A stretch of 52,909 nucleotides of DNA from Alphaproteobacteria bacterium. Lineage in GTDB: Bacteria > Pseudomonadota > Alphaproteobacteria > Sphingomonadales > Sphingomonadaceae. The DNA is taken from positions 1-52,909 of the forward strand of contig JAQGLF010000010.1 in assembly GCA_028293025.1 (NCBI GenBank), given 5' to 3'. Each line of letters opens with the position of its first letter. The first letter of the stretch is position 1. The position numbers and the translations under genes are program-made. Below the pieces are notes generated by a model. The model had not been told where the DNA came from. It was given only the letters and a program-made list of their open reading frames with translations, and searched no databases. Shown here one piece after another: positions 36,021 to 48,797 of the stretch.

Positions 36021-36857
36021 TCAGCCCGCGTAGCTGAGCTCGCGCTCGGCCCGTGCGATCAGCGCGCGGTCGTCATGTTTCCAGGGATGGAAACCGGGCA
36101 GGAAGAAGGCGAACCAGGCGCCGAGGATCTTGCGCATCATCCCGGGCCGCACGAAGGAGAACCAGAACAGGCGCGCCCAGGCGCGGGGGCCGGTGATGCC
36201 GTCCTGCGCCAGCAGCTTCAGCGTGCCGTGGGCGCGGTCGACGACGAAGTTCCTGGTGACGTAGAGCATCACCTTCGCCTTCACCTTCCAGCGCTTGCCC
36301 CGCGGCCAGCCCCGCGTCGCGTGCAGCCAGGTGTCGTAGGCGACGCCCTTATGCTCGATCTCCTCGATCGAGTGCCAGCGCCAGAGCGCCGCCGATTCCG
36401 GATCGGCGCCCGCCAGATGGCGCGGGTTGCCGAGCAGCTGGTGGGCGAGGATGGCGGTGAAATGCTCGAGCGCCATGGTCGCGGCGAGGTTGACGATCGG
36501 CGGCCGCGATTTGACGATCTCCAGCCGTTCGTCGACCCGCCGCTCGAGCGCCGACATGTCGTAGCCGGCCTCGACGGCCCGGCGGTTGAACTGCACATGC
36601 TCGCGGCTGTGCATCACCTCCTGGGTGGTGAAGGCCTTGATCTCGGCGGCGAGCCGGGGCGGCGCGCCGTCGCGGAAGGCGCGCACGCTCTCGACGAAGA
36701 AGGCCTCGCCCTTCGGAAAGGTCACCGACAGCGCGTCGTACATGGTCGATCCGACCGGATCGCCGCCCAGCCACCAGCGGCCGGTGGCGGCGCCGCGGCC
36801 GAAGCGCCGGTCGCGCGGCGTGATCGTGAGATCGGAGGGTGTCGCTTTGCTCGCCAT
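36021..36857 (-). CDS. Predicted metal-dependent hydrolase
   Basis: TFPKGEAFF, QEVMHSREH, ALEHFTA, WHSIEEIEHK and PGFHPW motifs; ATG at 36857. Confidence 0.85.
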   Translation of the reverse strand: MASKATPSDLTITPRDRRFGRGAATGRWWLGGDPVGSTMYDALSVTFPKGEAFFVESVRAFRDGAPPRLAAEIKAFTTQEVMHSREHVQFNRRAVEAGYDMSALERRVDERLEIVKSRPPIVNLAATMALEHFTAILAHQLLGNPRHLAGADPESAALWRWHSIEEIEHKGVAYDTWLHATRGWPRGKRWKVKAKVMLYVTRNFVVDRAHGTLKLLAQDGITGPRAWARLFWFSFVRPGMMRKILGAWFAFFLPGFHPWKHDDRALIARAERELSYAG

Positions 36858-36887
36858 GCTGTATCTCCGGGGCGAGGAATGCATCTT

Positions 36888-36897
36888 ACTTACACCA

Positions 36898-36905
<8 letters not shown>
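36888..36905. promoter_or_regulatory. Possible TetR operator between divergent genes
   Basis: Imperfect palindrome ACTTACA-ccaa-TGTCAAT overlapping the tetR start codon; the intergenic gap is only 40 bp. Confidence 0.4.
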
Positions 36906-39565
<2,660 letters not shown>

Positions 39566-39566
39566 G

Positions 39567-40073
39567 TTAGACCACCCGCTCAGCCACGAAGGCGATCAGG
39601 CTCGCCGTCATGCCGAGCAGGAAGATGCGATAGGCATAGCCCAGCATCCGGTACTTCTTGCGGGCGAGGACGAGGCCGTTCTGGTACATGTCGCGAGCCA
39701 TGGTCCGGTAGGATTCCTCCTCGTCGCGGAGGGTGGCGATCAGCCGGTCGAGATATTCCTCTTCCTCGAGCGCCGAGAAGGAGCCGAAGAAGAGGAGGTT
39801 GGTCCGCGCGTCCGGCCGCTTCTGCCGCGTCGCCGGCACGATCGCGAGCACCGCGCAGACCGCCGAGGCGAAGGCCGTGCCGCCGAGGATGAGCAGCGGC
39901 AAGGGCGGCGTCGTGCCGTGCGCCTGGCCGATCGCGATGGTGAAGATGACGAAGGTCGCGCCCATCAGGATGCTCGCCTTCTGGTCGGCCATGGCCGAGA
40001 GCTGGACGTTGATCTGCTGCGCCGTCCGCACGACGTGGATGGCGTTGACCCAAAACGGCTTGTCCTCCGCCAT
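39567..40073 (-). CDS. Pycsar-effector-like (DUF5706/PycTM-type) membrane protein
   Basis: LSAMADQKASILMG, TM hairpin, NLLFFGSF, ARKKYRML and a C-terminal TM helix. Confidence 0.75.
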   Translation of the reverse strand: MAEDKPFWVNAIHVVRTAQQINVQLSAMADQKASILMGATFVIFTIAIGQAHGTTPPLPLLILGGTAFASAVCAVLAIVPATRQKRPDARTNLLFFGSFSALEEEEYLDRLIATLRDEEESYRTMARDMYQNGLVLARKKYRMLGYAYRIFLLGMTASLIAFVAERVV

Positions 40074-40185
40074 CTCTTCCCTCGCTTTTGCGGAGCATCG
40101 CACGGCGCCTCCCCCCTGCCAAGCCGCGGCCACGTTTGGGCCCTAATCCCTTGGCACGGTCGGTCGGGGATCATAAGGGAAGCCG

Positions 40186-40434
40186 ATGACCGACCGAGAA
40201 GAGACCTTCGCCAGGGTCGCGCAGCTGATCGCCCCGTTCGACAAGAAGGGCGTCGCTCTCGCCGAAGGCACGACCTTCGCCGGCGACCTCGAATGGGACA
40301 GCCTCACCGTCATGGACTTCGTCGCCGCGATCGAGGACGAGTTCGACATCCTCATCACCATGAACATGCAGGCCGAGATCGAGACCGTCGGCCAGCTCGT
40401 CGACGCCGTCGAGCAGCTGAGGAACGACGGATGA
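40186..40434 (+). CDS. acp: Sphingolipid-specific acyl carrier protein
   Basis: DLEWDSLTVMDFV phosphopantetheine site; overlaps the spt start. Confidence 0.9.
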   Translation: MTDREETFARVAQLIAPFDKKGVALAEGTTFAGDLEWDSLTVMDFVAAIEDEFDILITMNMQAEIETVGQLVDAVEQLRNDG

Positions 40435-41696
40435 CCGAGGCGCTGAGCACGCCGACGGACCCCGCGGACCACCCCGTCCCCCCGACCGCCCCCGGCGCCG
40501 ATCTCTTCTCCAAGTTCGACGCCCTGATCGCCGAGCGCGAGGCGCTGCTCGACACCGGCGTCCGCGATCCGTTCGGCGTGGTCATGGAGAAGGTCCTCTC
40601 CCCCACCCTCGCCATCGTCCGCGGCAAGGAGACGATCCTGCTCGGCACCTACAATTATATGGGCATGACCTTCGATCCGGACGTGATCGAAGCCGGCAAG
40701 CAGGCGCTCGACGAATTCGGCTCGGGCACGACCGGCAGCCGCGTCCTCAACGGCACCTACCAGGGCCACAAGGAATGCGAGGAAGCGCTCAAGGATTTTT
40801 ACGGCACCGCTCATGCGATGGTCTTCTCGACCGGCTACCAGGCCAATCTCGGCCTGATGTCGACCATCGCCGGCAAGGAGGATTACATCATCCTCGACGC
40901 CGACAGCCACGCTTCCATCTATGACGGCTGCGCGCTCGGCAACGCCCAGATCGTCCGCTTCCGCCACAACAATGTCGAGGATCTAGAGAAGAGGCTGAAG
41001 CGCCTGCCGGCCGAAGGCGGCCGTCTCGTCGTCCTCGAAGGCGTCTATTCGATGCTCGGCGACATCGCCCCTCTCAAGGAGATGGTCGAGGTCTCCAAGC
41101 GCCACGGCGCCATGGTCGCGGTCGACGAGGCGCACGGCATGGGCTTTTTCGGGGCCAACGGCCGCGGCGTGTTCGAGGAAGCGGGGGTCGAGGACCAGGT
41201 CGACTTCGTCGTCGGCACCTTCTCCAAGTCGGTCGGCACGGTCGGCGGCTTCATCGTCTCGAACCACCCGAAGTTCGAAGTGCTCCGCCTGGTCTGCCGG
41301 CCCTATGTCTTCACCGCCTCGCTGCCGCCCTCGGTCGTCGCCACCGCCGCGACCTCGATCCGCAAGCTGAAATATGCCGGCAACAAGCGCGCGCACCTCT
41401 GGGAGAACAGCAAGCGCATGCATCAGGGCCTGCGCGACCTCGGCTTCACCCTCGCCACGCCCGAAGCCCAGTCGGCGATCATCGCGATCCTCCTCCCCGA
41501 CCAGGACGTGACGGTGCGGATGTGGCAGGCGCTGCTCGAGGCCGGCGTCTACGTCAACATGGCCCGCCCGCCCGCGACCCCCGCCGGCATGTACCTCCTC
41601 CGCTGCTCGCTATGCGCCGACCATACGAGCGAGCAGGTCGGCGACATCCTAGCGATGTTCGAAAGCGCGGGGAAGGCGATCGGGTATCTCTCCTAA
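40431..41696 (+). CDS. spt: Serine palmitoyltransferase
   Basis: LGTYNYMG, GTTGSRVLNG, DSHASI, DEAH, GTFSKSVG (PLP Lys) and ARPPATP motifs; next to acp. Confidence 0.92.
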   Translation: MTEALSTPTDPADHPVPPTAPGADLFSKFDALIAEREALLDTGVRDPFGVVMEKVLSPTLAIVRGKETILLGTYNYMGMTFDPDVIEAGKQALDEFGSGTTGSRVLNGTYQGHKECEEALKDFYGTAHAMVFSTGYQANLGLMSTIAGKEDYIILDADSHASIYDGCALGNAQIVRFRHNNVEDLEKRLKRLPAEGGRLVVLEGVYSMLGDIAPLKEMVEVSKRHGAMVAVDEAHGMGFFGANGRGVFEEAGVEDQVDFVVGTFSKSVGTVGGFIVSNHPKFEVLRLVCRPYVFTASLPPSVVATAATSIRKLKYAGNKRAHLWENSKRMHQGLRDLGFTLATPEAQSAIIAILLPDQDVTVRMWQALLEAGVYVNMARPPATPAGMYLLRCSLCADHTSEQVGDILAMFESAGKAIGYLS

Positions 41697-41839
41697 CTCC
41701 GCTTCCTGAAGGGAGGGTAGGGGGTGGGTGCGCGCGAAGCGCGCTCTGCAGCCCGAGCCCCCAATTTCGCGGCGAAACGAATCCCCTGATGCGGTGAACC
41801 GGCTTTCCAGCCTTCGCCGTCCGGGCTAGAATCCCGTCC

Positions 41840-43852
41840 ATGGCGGGTGAGGATTTGGGCGCCGTGCCGGAGGGGGAAGGGACCTCCGGTTCCTGGCGCG
41901 GCGTGGCCGCGAGCGCCGGTGCGCTGCTCGCGACCATCCTGCTCGCCGCCTTGCTGCTCATGGTCGACGCCTCGAACACGGCCCGCGACGACGCGCTCGC
42001 CTCGGAACGGCACAGCTACGACGTGATGCTGCTCACCCGCACCGCCGACGGCAGCATCGCCCGCGCCGAGGCGGCGCTCGGCCGCTACGTTCTCGACGAA
42101 CAGTCGACGACCGGCACCATCTATTACAATGAATGGCTGGCCGCCGCGCAGCAGATCGACGAGCTGCGGCGGCTGGTCCGCGACACTCCCGGGCAGAGCG
42201 CCCGCGTCGATCAGCTCCGCCGGCTCTATAACCAGCGCGGCACGCAGCTTGCCGAGGCGGCGACGGCCGCCCGCGGCAAGAAGGGGGTCGGCGGCGTCAG
42301 CATCTTCTACCAGGCCGGCAAGCTGAAGCTGGGGGACGATCTGCGCGCCAAGCTCGCCGAGATCGCCGCCGCCGAGCGGGAGGATCTGCGCGCGCGGATG
42401 GACGCGACCCGCCGCTCCAGCGACCGGGCGGACGAGTTGACCGGCTGGTTCGGCTGGCTGGCGATGCTGATCGGCCTCGCCGCTGTCGTCCTGGGCTATC
42501 TCGCCTATCGCGCGCTCAACGACCGGATCGCGGCCTTGCGCGAGGCGGATAGCGAGGCCGGGCGCGCCCAGCGGCTCGAAGCGGCGGTGCAGGAGCGGAC
42601 CCGCGAGTTGACCGAGGCCAATCAGCGGCTCAAGGAGGAAGGCGCCGAGCGCGAAGCCGCCGAGGCGCAGCTGCGCCAGGTCCAGAAAATGGAGGCGGTG
42701 GGCCAACTGACCGGCGGCATCGCGCATGATTTCAACAACATGCTCGCGGTCGTGGTCGGCGGCCTCGATCTCGCCCGGCGCAAGCTCAGCGGCTCGCGGC
42801 GCGAGGTCGAGTTCCACCTCGACAATGCGATGGAGGGGGCGACCCGCGCCGCCGCCCTCACCCGCCGGCTGCTCGCTTTCGCCCGCGCCGAGCCTTTGCT
42901 GCCGATCGCGCTCGCACCCGGCGCTCTGGTCGAGAACATGCTCGATCTCGTCGACCGCTCGATCGGCGAGCGGATCGTGGTGCGCACTCGCTTCCCGGCA
43001 GAGCCCTGGCCCGTCAAGGTCGACCCGAACCAGCTCGAGAACGCCGTGCTCAACCTCGCCGTCAACGCACGCGATGCGATGGATGGGGAAGGCGAGCTCA
43101 CCATCGCCATCGACCATGAGCGGCTGGGCGAAGGCGAGGTCGGCCAGCTCCCCGCCGGCGACTATGTCCGCATCCATGTCGCCGACACCGGCGGCGGCAT
43201 CCCGCCCGAGCATCTGGAGCGGGTGTTCGAGCCCTTCTTCACCACCAAGCCCGTCGGCAAGGGCACCGGCCTCGGCCTCAGCCAGATTTTCGGCTTCGCC
43301 CGCCAGTCGGGCGGCGACGTCACCATCGACTCGCAGCTCGGCCGCGGCACCATCGTCTCGCTCTATTTGCCCCGCTCGACCGAGGCGGCGGAGGCGGCGG
43401 GCGAGACGGCGATGCCGCAGGGCGCCGCCGCGGCGCATCCCCCGGCGCCGGGCACGACGATCCTCGTCGTCGAGGACGATCCGCGGGTCAGCCGGGCGAC
43501 GGTCGGCGCGCTGGAAGAGCTCGGCTACCGGCCGATCCCCTGTTCGAGCGGCCGCGACGCGCTCGACATCCTTGCCCGCGAGCCGGGCGTCGAGCTGATC
43601 CTGACCGACGTGATGATGCCGGAGATGACCGGCACCGAGCTCGTCCGCCGCGCCGCCGCCGTCTATCCCTGGATCGCGGTGCTGTTCGTCACCGGCTATG
43701 TCGGCGATGCGGGCGACGCGGACGGCCTCAGCGGCCACGATCTGCTGAGGAAGCCGTTCACCGTTTCCGCGCTTGCGGATGCGGTGGCGACGGCCCTCTC
43801 CCGCCGCCCTACCGAATCGCCCTCCGCTTCAAAAGCCGCGGCAGCAGGGTGA
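41840..43852 (+). CDS. Hybrid sensor histidine kinase/response regulator (CHASE3-like sensor)
   Basis: Two TM segments; [33 protein letters not shown]; receiver LVVEDD/TDVMMP/KPF. Confidence 0.92.
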   Translation: MAGEDLGAVPEGEGTSGSWRGVAASAGALLATILLAALLLMVDASNTARDDALASERHSYDVMLLTRTADGSIARAEAALGRYVLDEQSTTGTIYYNEWLAAAQQIDELRRLVRDTPGQSARVDQLRRLYNQRGTQLAEAATAARGKKGVGGVSIFYQAGKLKLGDDLRAKLAEIAAAEREDLRARMDATRRSSDRADELTGWFGWLAMLIGLAAVVLGYLAYRALNDRIAALREADSEAGRAQRLEAAVQERTRELTEANQRLKEEGAEREAAEAQLRQVQKMEAVGQLTGGIAHDFNNMLAVVVGGLDLARRKLSGSRREVEFHLDNAMEGATRAAALTRRLLAFARAEPLLPIALAPGALVENMLDLVDRSIGERIVVRTRFPAEPWPVKVDPNQLENAVLNLAVNARDAMDGEGELTIAIDHERLGEGEVGQLPAGDYVRIHVADTGGGIPPEHLERVFEPFFTTKPVGKGTGLGLSQIFGFARQSGGDVTIDSQLGRGTIVSLYLPRSTEAAEAAGETAMPQGAAAAHPPAPGTTILVVEDDPRVSRATVGALEELGYRPIPCSSGRDALDILAREPGVELILTDVMMPEMTGTELVRRAAAVYPWIAVLFVTGYVGDAGDADGLSGHDLLRKPFTVSALADAVATALSRRPTESPSASKAAAAG

Positions 43853-44702
43853 TCGCCGCGGCCAGCGGCCAGCGCCGCTGCCAGGGCTTCAGCACGATCT
43901 GCGTGCCGGCGTGGCGGTTGATCTTCCAGGCGAGGTAATCGACGCCGCCGGCGAAGGTCGCGCTCGCCTTGACCAGCCGGACGATGGTGAGCGCCTTGCC
44001 CTTGCGCCGCCGCCATCGCCATGCCCGCTGCATTGCCTTCGGCCCGGCCTCCATCTCCCCTCCCCGCTCGGCGATCGCCGCCCGGCCGAAGCGGCGGTAG
44101 CGCTCCGCATCGGCGTCGACGATCGAGCCGGCGCGCTGCCGCCGCTCCGCCCTGAGCTCCGCGCCATAGGTCAAGGCGAAGCCGGCCCGGAACACCGCCA
44201 GCGGATCGTTGCGTGCGTCGCCCCGGACCAGCGGCCGGGTCAGAGCGAACAGCGTCGACGCAGCCTCGGCGATGCTGGCGACCGCCCGCGCCCGCGCCGC
44301 GGCGTCCGCCGCCCAGGCCAGCCGCGACGGCTGGGCAAAGCGCGCCCAGACCGAGACGCTGCGCGCCCGTAGGCCGCATTCGCGCGCGAAATCCGCCTCG
44401 CTCAGCACCGCATATTTTGCGGCGAGGCCGTCATGCTCGAACGGGAAGACGTTGGGCGGGATCAGCCGGTTCGCCGCCGCCAGCCAGCTCCGGCCGTAAG
44501 CGGCGCGGTAGCCGGAGACGATCAGGTAGAAATCGAGCATCAGCCCTTCGAGCTGCCGCTCCCTCAGGCACGAGCCGTAGAACAGGACCGCGCGCGCCGC
44601 GCCGGGATAAAGCGCGGCGATCGCCGCCGCCATCGCGGCGACGCGCGGATCCACCGGCTCGGCCAGCTCGGCGGCGACGAGATCGGTCAGGGTCTCAGCC
44701 AT
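43809..44702 (-). CDS. Tam41-like cytidylyltransferase (CpgC-like, putative CDP-ceramide synthase)
   Basis: LFYGSCLR...MLDFYLIV nucleotidyltransferase signature, NRLIPPNVF, WARFAQP and DYLAWKI; directly downstream of the lipid kinase. Confidence 0.65.
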   Translation of the reverse strand: MAETLTDLVAAELAEPVDPRVAAMAAAIAALYPGAARAVLFYGSCLRERQLEGLMLDFYLIVSGYRAAYGRSWLAAANRLIPPNVFPFEHDGLAAKYAVLSEADFARECGLRARSVSVWARFAQPSRLAWAADAAARARAVASIAEAASTLFALTRPLVRGDARNDPLAVFRAGFALTYGAELRAERRQRAGSIVDADAERYRRFGRAAIAERGGEMEAGPKAMQRAWRWRRRKGKALTIVRLVKASATFAGGVDYLAWKINRHAGTQIVLKPWQRRWPLAAAITLLPRLLKRRAIR

Positions 44703-44724
44703 GTCTCACCGGAGTACCAGTTTC

Positions 44725-44769
44725 ACGTTCCCCGGCGAAGGCTGGACCCCGGCCTTCGCCGGGGAACGT
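44725..44769. repeat. REP-like perfect 18-bp inverted repeat
   Basis: ACGTTCCCCGGCGAAGGC / GCCTTCGCCGGGGAACGT. Confidence 0.8.
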
Positions 44770-44776
44770 CCAAAGC

Positions 44777-45748
44777 TCAGGCGGCCAGCCTCAGGAAGGA
44801 GATCGGCGGCGACGACTTGAGGACGATCGGCCGGCCCCTGCGCGCCTGGAACAGCTCGCCGTCGAGGATCACGTTCGAATCCTCGCTTTCGATCCGGATC
44901 TCCTCGCCCCGCTCGACATGGACGCCGGGATCGGTCAGGCGGCCGAGCCGGCCGCGGATCGCCGCGACGATGCCGCGCAGCAGCGGCCCCCTTTTCTGCT
45001 CCACGAGCAGCATCGAGAGCGCGCCGCGCGATCCGTTGCTCGGCGAGAACCGGTCGTTGAGCAGCATCTTGTCGAGGGTCGTCACCATCAGCACCGCGAA
45101 GCTGCCGCGGAAGGAGGATCCGGCCATCGACACCAGCACCGGCGACGGGCGCGGCGGCAGGAACCGGGCGGTCACGCCGATGACGATCGCCAGCACGGCC
45201 GCGAAGAAGGTCAGGAAATGGGCGAAGCCATTGGGCAGGCCGAGCGGATAGATATTGTGCCGGCAGAACAGCATCGTGTCGGCGAGGCCGGCGCCGCCCA
45301 GGAACATGCCGACCACCTTCTTGCCGGTCGGCGTGCCGTCGGACAGCGAGATGAGCTCGCGCCGCACGATATGGGCATCGAGGTCGGAGCGGGCGATCTC
45401 CAGCACGCGCTCGAGCGCCGCGATCGGATCGCCGCCGGCGCCGAGATCGTAGGCGATGAGGTTGGTCTTGCCGTTGGGCAATACGGCGACCGGCGGCGGC
45501 TCGTCGCCGAAATGGCCGCCGTTGAACATCTCGGTCAACGCCGCCTGGACGGTGCCGTCGCCGCCGTTGATGATCAGGACCTTCGGCTGCACCCGCGCGA
45601 TCGTCCGCATCGCCGCGCCGATCTGGCTGATATGCTCCACCTCATAATGGAAGATGTCCTTCTCCCGCGCGCAGAAGCTCCGCACCCTCGGCAGCATGGA
45701 TTTGTTTCCGGTCGAGCGCGGGTTGGAGAGGAGCGCGACCCGGGCCAT
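44777..45748 (-). CDS. Diacylglycerol-kinase-family lipid kinase (CpgB-like ceramide kinase)
   Basis: NPRSTG, GGDGTV, LPNGKTNLIA and LDGE motifs; inside the spt cluster. Confidence 0.8.
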   Translation of the reverse strand: MARVALLSNPRSTGNKSMLPRVRSFCAREKDIFHYEVEHISQIGAAMRTIARVQPKVLIINGGDGTVQAALTEMFNGGHFGDEPPPVAVLPNGKTNLIAYDLGAGGDPIAALERVLEIARSDLDAHIVRRELISLSDGTPTGKKVVGMFLGGAGLADTMLFCRHNIYPLGLPNGFAHFLTFFAAVLAIVIGVTARFLPPRPSPVLVSMAGSSFRGSFAVLMVTTLDKMLLNDRFSPSNGSRGALSMLLVEQKRGPLLRGIVAAIRGRLGRLTDPGVHVERGEEIRIESEDSNVILDGELFQARRGRPIVLKSSPPISFLRLAA

Positions 45749-45751
45749 GGC

Positions 45752-46261
45752 TCAGTCGCGCCCCGCGGGGCCGATCGAGAGACCGTGGCGGTAGAGGAGG
45801 GTGACGCTGACCGGCTTGACGCCGCCGCCGACATTGATCGCGACCTGCCGCAGCGACGGCTTCAGGTGGAAGAGCGAGAGGCTCGGATTGTTCGAGAAGC
45901 CGCCGCCGTCGCTCCAGTCGCCTTTCTCATTGTCGCCATCGACGTCGTGACGGACCGCGATCGCATAGACGCCCGGATGCGGCACGGCGATGCAGACGTT
46001 CATCGGCCCGGCCGGCGTGACCGGCAGGTCGATGCGCCGCAGCTTGCCGCCCTTGGCGAGGAAGGTGTTCGGATTGTCGCCGTAGAGCTGGACCCTGAGA
46101 CGGCCGCTGCGCGCCTTGAAGCCGTTGACGCTGACCAGCAAAGCCGGCCGTCCCTCGCTGCAGACCGCCGCGTCCGGGCCGAGCGCGGCCGCCGCCGGCG
46201 CGGCGAGGCCGGCCGCGGGCAGGAGCGAAGCGAGGACAAGGATGGACTTCGACCTGTTCAT
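45752..46261 (-). CDS. DUF2141 family secreted protein
   Basis: Signal peptide; PGVYAIAVRHDVDG and GGFSNNP motifs. Confidence 0.8.
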   Translation of the reverse strand: MNRSKSILVLASLLPAAGLAAPAAAALGPDAAVCSEGRPALLVSVNGFKARSGRLRVQLYGDNPNTFLAKGGKLRRIDLPVTPAGPMNVCIAVPHPGVYAIAVRHDVDGDNEKGDWSDGGGFSNNPSLSLFHLKPSLRQVAINVGGGVKPVSVTLLYRHGLSIGPAGRD

Positions 46262-46488
46262 GGAAACTCCGGAGGAAACGCCCCCTCGCGCAGCCTATCG
46301 ATGCAGGTTGCGGCCAAATTATGGTCATGGGGGGACAAAAAGCGCGCACCGGCCCGTAGCCCTGGCCGGCCGAAATGGTGGCGGAAGGGCCGGAGCCCGA
46401 ACTAGCGCTTTGCCCCGCTCCCCGCGCGCGTCTATAGCCGCTCCACCCGCAGCGCCTCGGATCGGGGTCGAAGCAGCTTCGTGAGCCG

Positions 46489-47703
46489 ATGATTCTGACC
46501 GCCACCGACCGTTATCTCGCCCGGCTGATCGTCGTGCCCCTGGTGTCGACGCTGACGCTGGCGGCGATGCTGCTGCTGCTCGACAAGATGCTGAAGCTGT
46601 TCAACATCGTCATCGCGACCGGCGGCCCGGTCGGCATCGTCTGGAAGATGCTGGCCGATCTCCTCCCCGAATATTTCTCGCTTGGCATCCCGATCGGCGT
46701 GCTGCTCGGCGTCCTCCTCGCCTTCCGCAAGCTCGCTTTGACCTCCGAGCTCGACACTTTGCGCGGCGTCGGCCTCAGCTATACCCGGCTGCTGCGCGTG
46801 CCCTTCCTCTATGCGGTGGGGCTGATGGCGCTGAACATCGTCATCGTCGGCTTCCTCCAGCCTTATGCCCATTACGGCTACCAGCAGCTGCGCTTCGAGC
46901 TGCGCTCCGGTGCGCTCGGCGCCTCGATCCGGGTCGGCGAGTTCACCAGCCTCGGCCGGCACATGACGATGCGGGTCGAGCGCAGCGAGCAGGAGGGGCG
47001 CCTGCTCCACGGCGTCTTCGTCAGCGCCGAGATGAAGGGCGGCAAGTCGATCGCGGTCACCGCCGATCACGGCACCTTCCTCGCCACCGACGATCCCGAT
47101 GTGATCCTGCTCCGCCTCCAGAACGGGCGCCTCGTCCACAATGCGCCCGATTATCCACGGCCCCGCGTGCTCACCTTCACGACCCAGGACCTGCCGGTGA
47201 ACGTGCCCGCGGTCGAGCGCTTCCGCGGCCGCAGCGGCAGCGACGAGCTGACCCTGCCCGAATTGCTGAAGCTCGGCACCGCGCAACGCATCCCGCCGGA
47301 CCAGGCGCTGGCCGCGCGGGCGCAATTCCACTACCGGCTGGTCGAGATCGTGATGATGCTGCTGATGCCGGTGCTCGCGGTCGCGCTGGCGGTGCCGCCG
47401 AAGCGCAGCACCTCCGGTCTCGGCATCTTCGTCGCGATCGTGATGGTGGTGACCTATCACAAGGTCAATCAATATGCCGAGCATATGGGCGAGCTCGGCC
47501 GCGTCCACCCGGTCGTCGCTTTGTGGACGCCCTTCCTGCTCTTCTCCGCCTTGATCCTCTGGATGTACTGGACGCTCGCCTACAAGCCCGGCGGCCAGCC
47601 GATCGGCGCGCTCGAACGCGTCGCCGACAAGGCGAAGAAGGCATTCCTGCGGCTGCTGCGCCTCGGCAAGAGCCGGGAGCGCGACCCGGTGCCGGCCGCA
47701 TGA
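46489..47703 (+). CDS. lptF: LptF-family ABC permease
   Basis: DRYL, SELDTLRGVGLS and a beta-jellyroll region with six TM segments; paired with lptG. Confidence 0.88.
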   Translation: MILTATDRYLARLIVVPLVSTLTLAAMLLLLDKMLKLFNIVIATGGPVGIVWKMLADLLPEYFSLGIPIGVLLGVLLAFRKLALTSELDTLRGVGLSYTRLLRVPFLYAVGLMALNIVIVGFLQPYAHYGYQQLRFELRSGALGASIRVGEFTSLGRHMTMRVERSEQEGRLLHGVFVSAEMKGGKSIAVTADHGTFLATDDPDVILLRLQNGRLVHNAPDYPRPRVLTFTTQDLPVNVPAVERFRGRSGSDELTLPELLKLGTAQRIPPDQALAARAQFHYRLVEIVMMLLMPVLAVALAVPPKRSTSGLGIFVAIVMVVTYHKVNQYAEHMGELGRVHPVVALWTPFLLFSALILWMYWTLAYKPGGQPIGALERVADKAKKAFLRLLRLGKSRERDPVPAA

Positions 47704-48797
47704 TCAACCTCCAATTCTTCCCGTCGCGGCGGATCGCCTTCTACATGGCGCGCCTCTTCCTGGTGCGCAGCTTCGCCGTGCTCGCGGCCCTGATCGTCGT
47801 CCTGCAGATGCTCGATCTGCTCGGCGAGTCCGGCAAGATCCTCGCCCATCCCGGCAATACCGACGCCGAGCTCTGGCGCTACGTCTCGCTGCGCATGCCG
47901 CAGCTGATCGCCCGCTTCCTGCCCTTCTCTGTGCTGCTCGGCACCTTGATCACGCTGGCGACGCTCAACCAGAATAGCGAGATCGTCAGCATGAAGGCGG
48001 CGGGCATCTCCGCCCACCAGATCATCGCCCCGTTGATCGTCGCCAGCCTCGGCGTCGCCGCCCTGAGCTTCGCCTTCAACGAACGGGTCGTCACCCGCGC
48101 CACCGACACGCTCAACGCCTGGGAGGCGGTCGATTACGGGCCGGTGCCGAAGGACAGCGGCGTCCGCCCCAACGTCTGGGTCCGCTGGAGCGACGATCTC
48201 GTCTTCGCGCAGCAGGTGAAGGGCGCCGGCGAGGGGACGCAGCTGATCGGCGTGACTATCTACGACCGCACCGGCGAGACGCTGCAGCGGATCGTCAAGG
48301 CGAAGCTGGGCCGGCGGCAGAACCGGCAATGGCTGCTCACCGGGCTCGACATTTTCGACGTCGCCACCGGCAGCCAGACCGAAATGCCGGCCATGGCCTG
48401 GGGCAAGGGGCTCGATCCGCTCCAGTTCACCCTCGCCAAGGTCAGCGCCGACGAGGAGGATTTCGGCACCTTGCGCAATTCGATCCGCGAGCTGAAGCTG
48501 ACCGGGCGCGACACCGCCGAGCTCGAATCCGGCTTCTGGCACAAATTGTCGGGACCGCTCTCGGCGGTGCTGATGCCGCTGCTCGCCGCGATCGCCGCCT
48601 TCGGCCTCGCCCGCTCGGGCCAGCTCTTCCTGCGCGCCGTGATCGGCATGGGGCTCGGCTTCGCTTATTTCGTCGCCGACAATTTCGCCCTCGCCATGGG
48701 CAATCTCGGCGCCTACCCGCCGCTCGTCGCCGCCTGGGCGCCCTTCCTCCTCTTCCTCCTCCTCGGCGAGGCCGTGCTGATCCGGACGGAGGAGTGA
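47700..48797 (+). CDS. lptG: LptG-family ABC permease
   Basis: NSEIVSMKAAGIS and YPPLVAAWAP motifs; ATGA overlap with lptF. Confidence 0.88.
   Translation: MINLQFFPSRRIAFYMARLFLVRSFAVLAALIVVLQMLDLLGESGKILAHPGNTDAELWRYVSLRMPQLIARFLPFSVLLGTLITLATLNQNSEIVSMKAAGISAHQIIAPLIVASLGVAALSFAFNERVVTRATDTLNAWEAVDYGPVPKDSGVRPNVWVRWSDDLVFAQQVKGAGEGTQLIGVTIYDRTGETLQRIVKAKLGRRQNRQWLLTGLDIFDVATGSQTEMPAMAWGKGLDPLQFTLAKVSADEEDFGTLRNSIRELKLTGRDTAELESGFWHKLSGPLSAVLMPLLAAIAAFGLARSGQLFLRAVIGMGLGFAYFVADNFALAMGNLGAYPPLVAAWAPFLLFLLLGEAVLIRTEE

Noticed and set aside
39567-40073. Complete Pycsar anti-phage system
   Set aside because: No pyrimidine cyclase gene is adjacent; only the effector-like gene is present.
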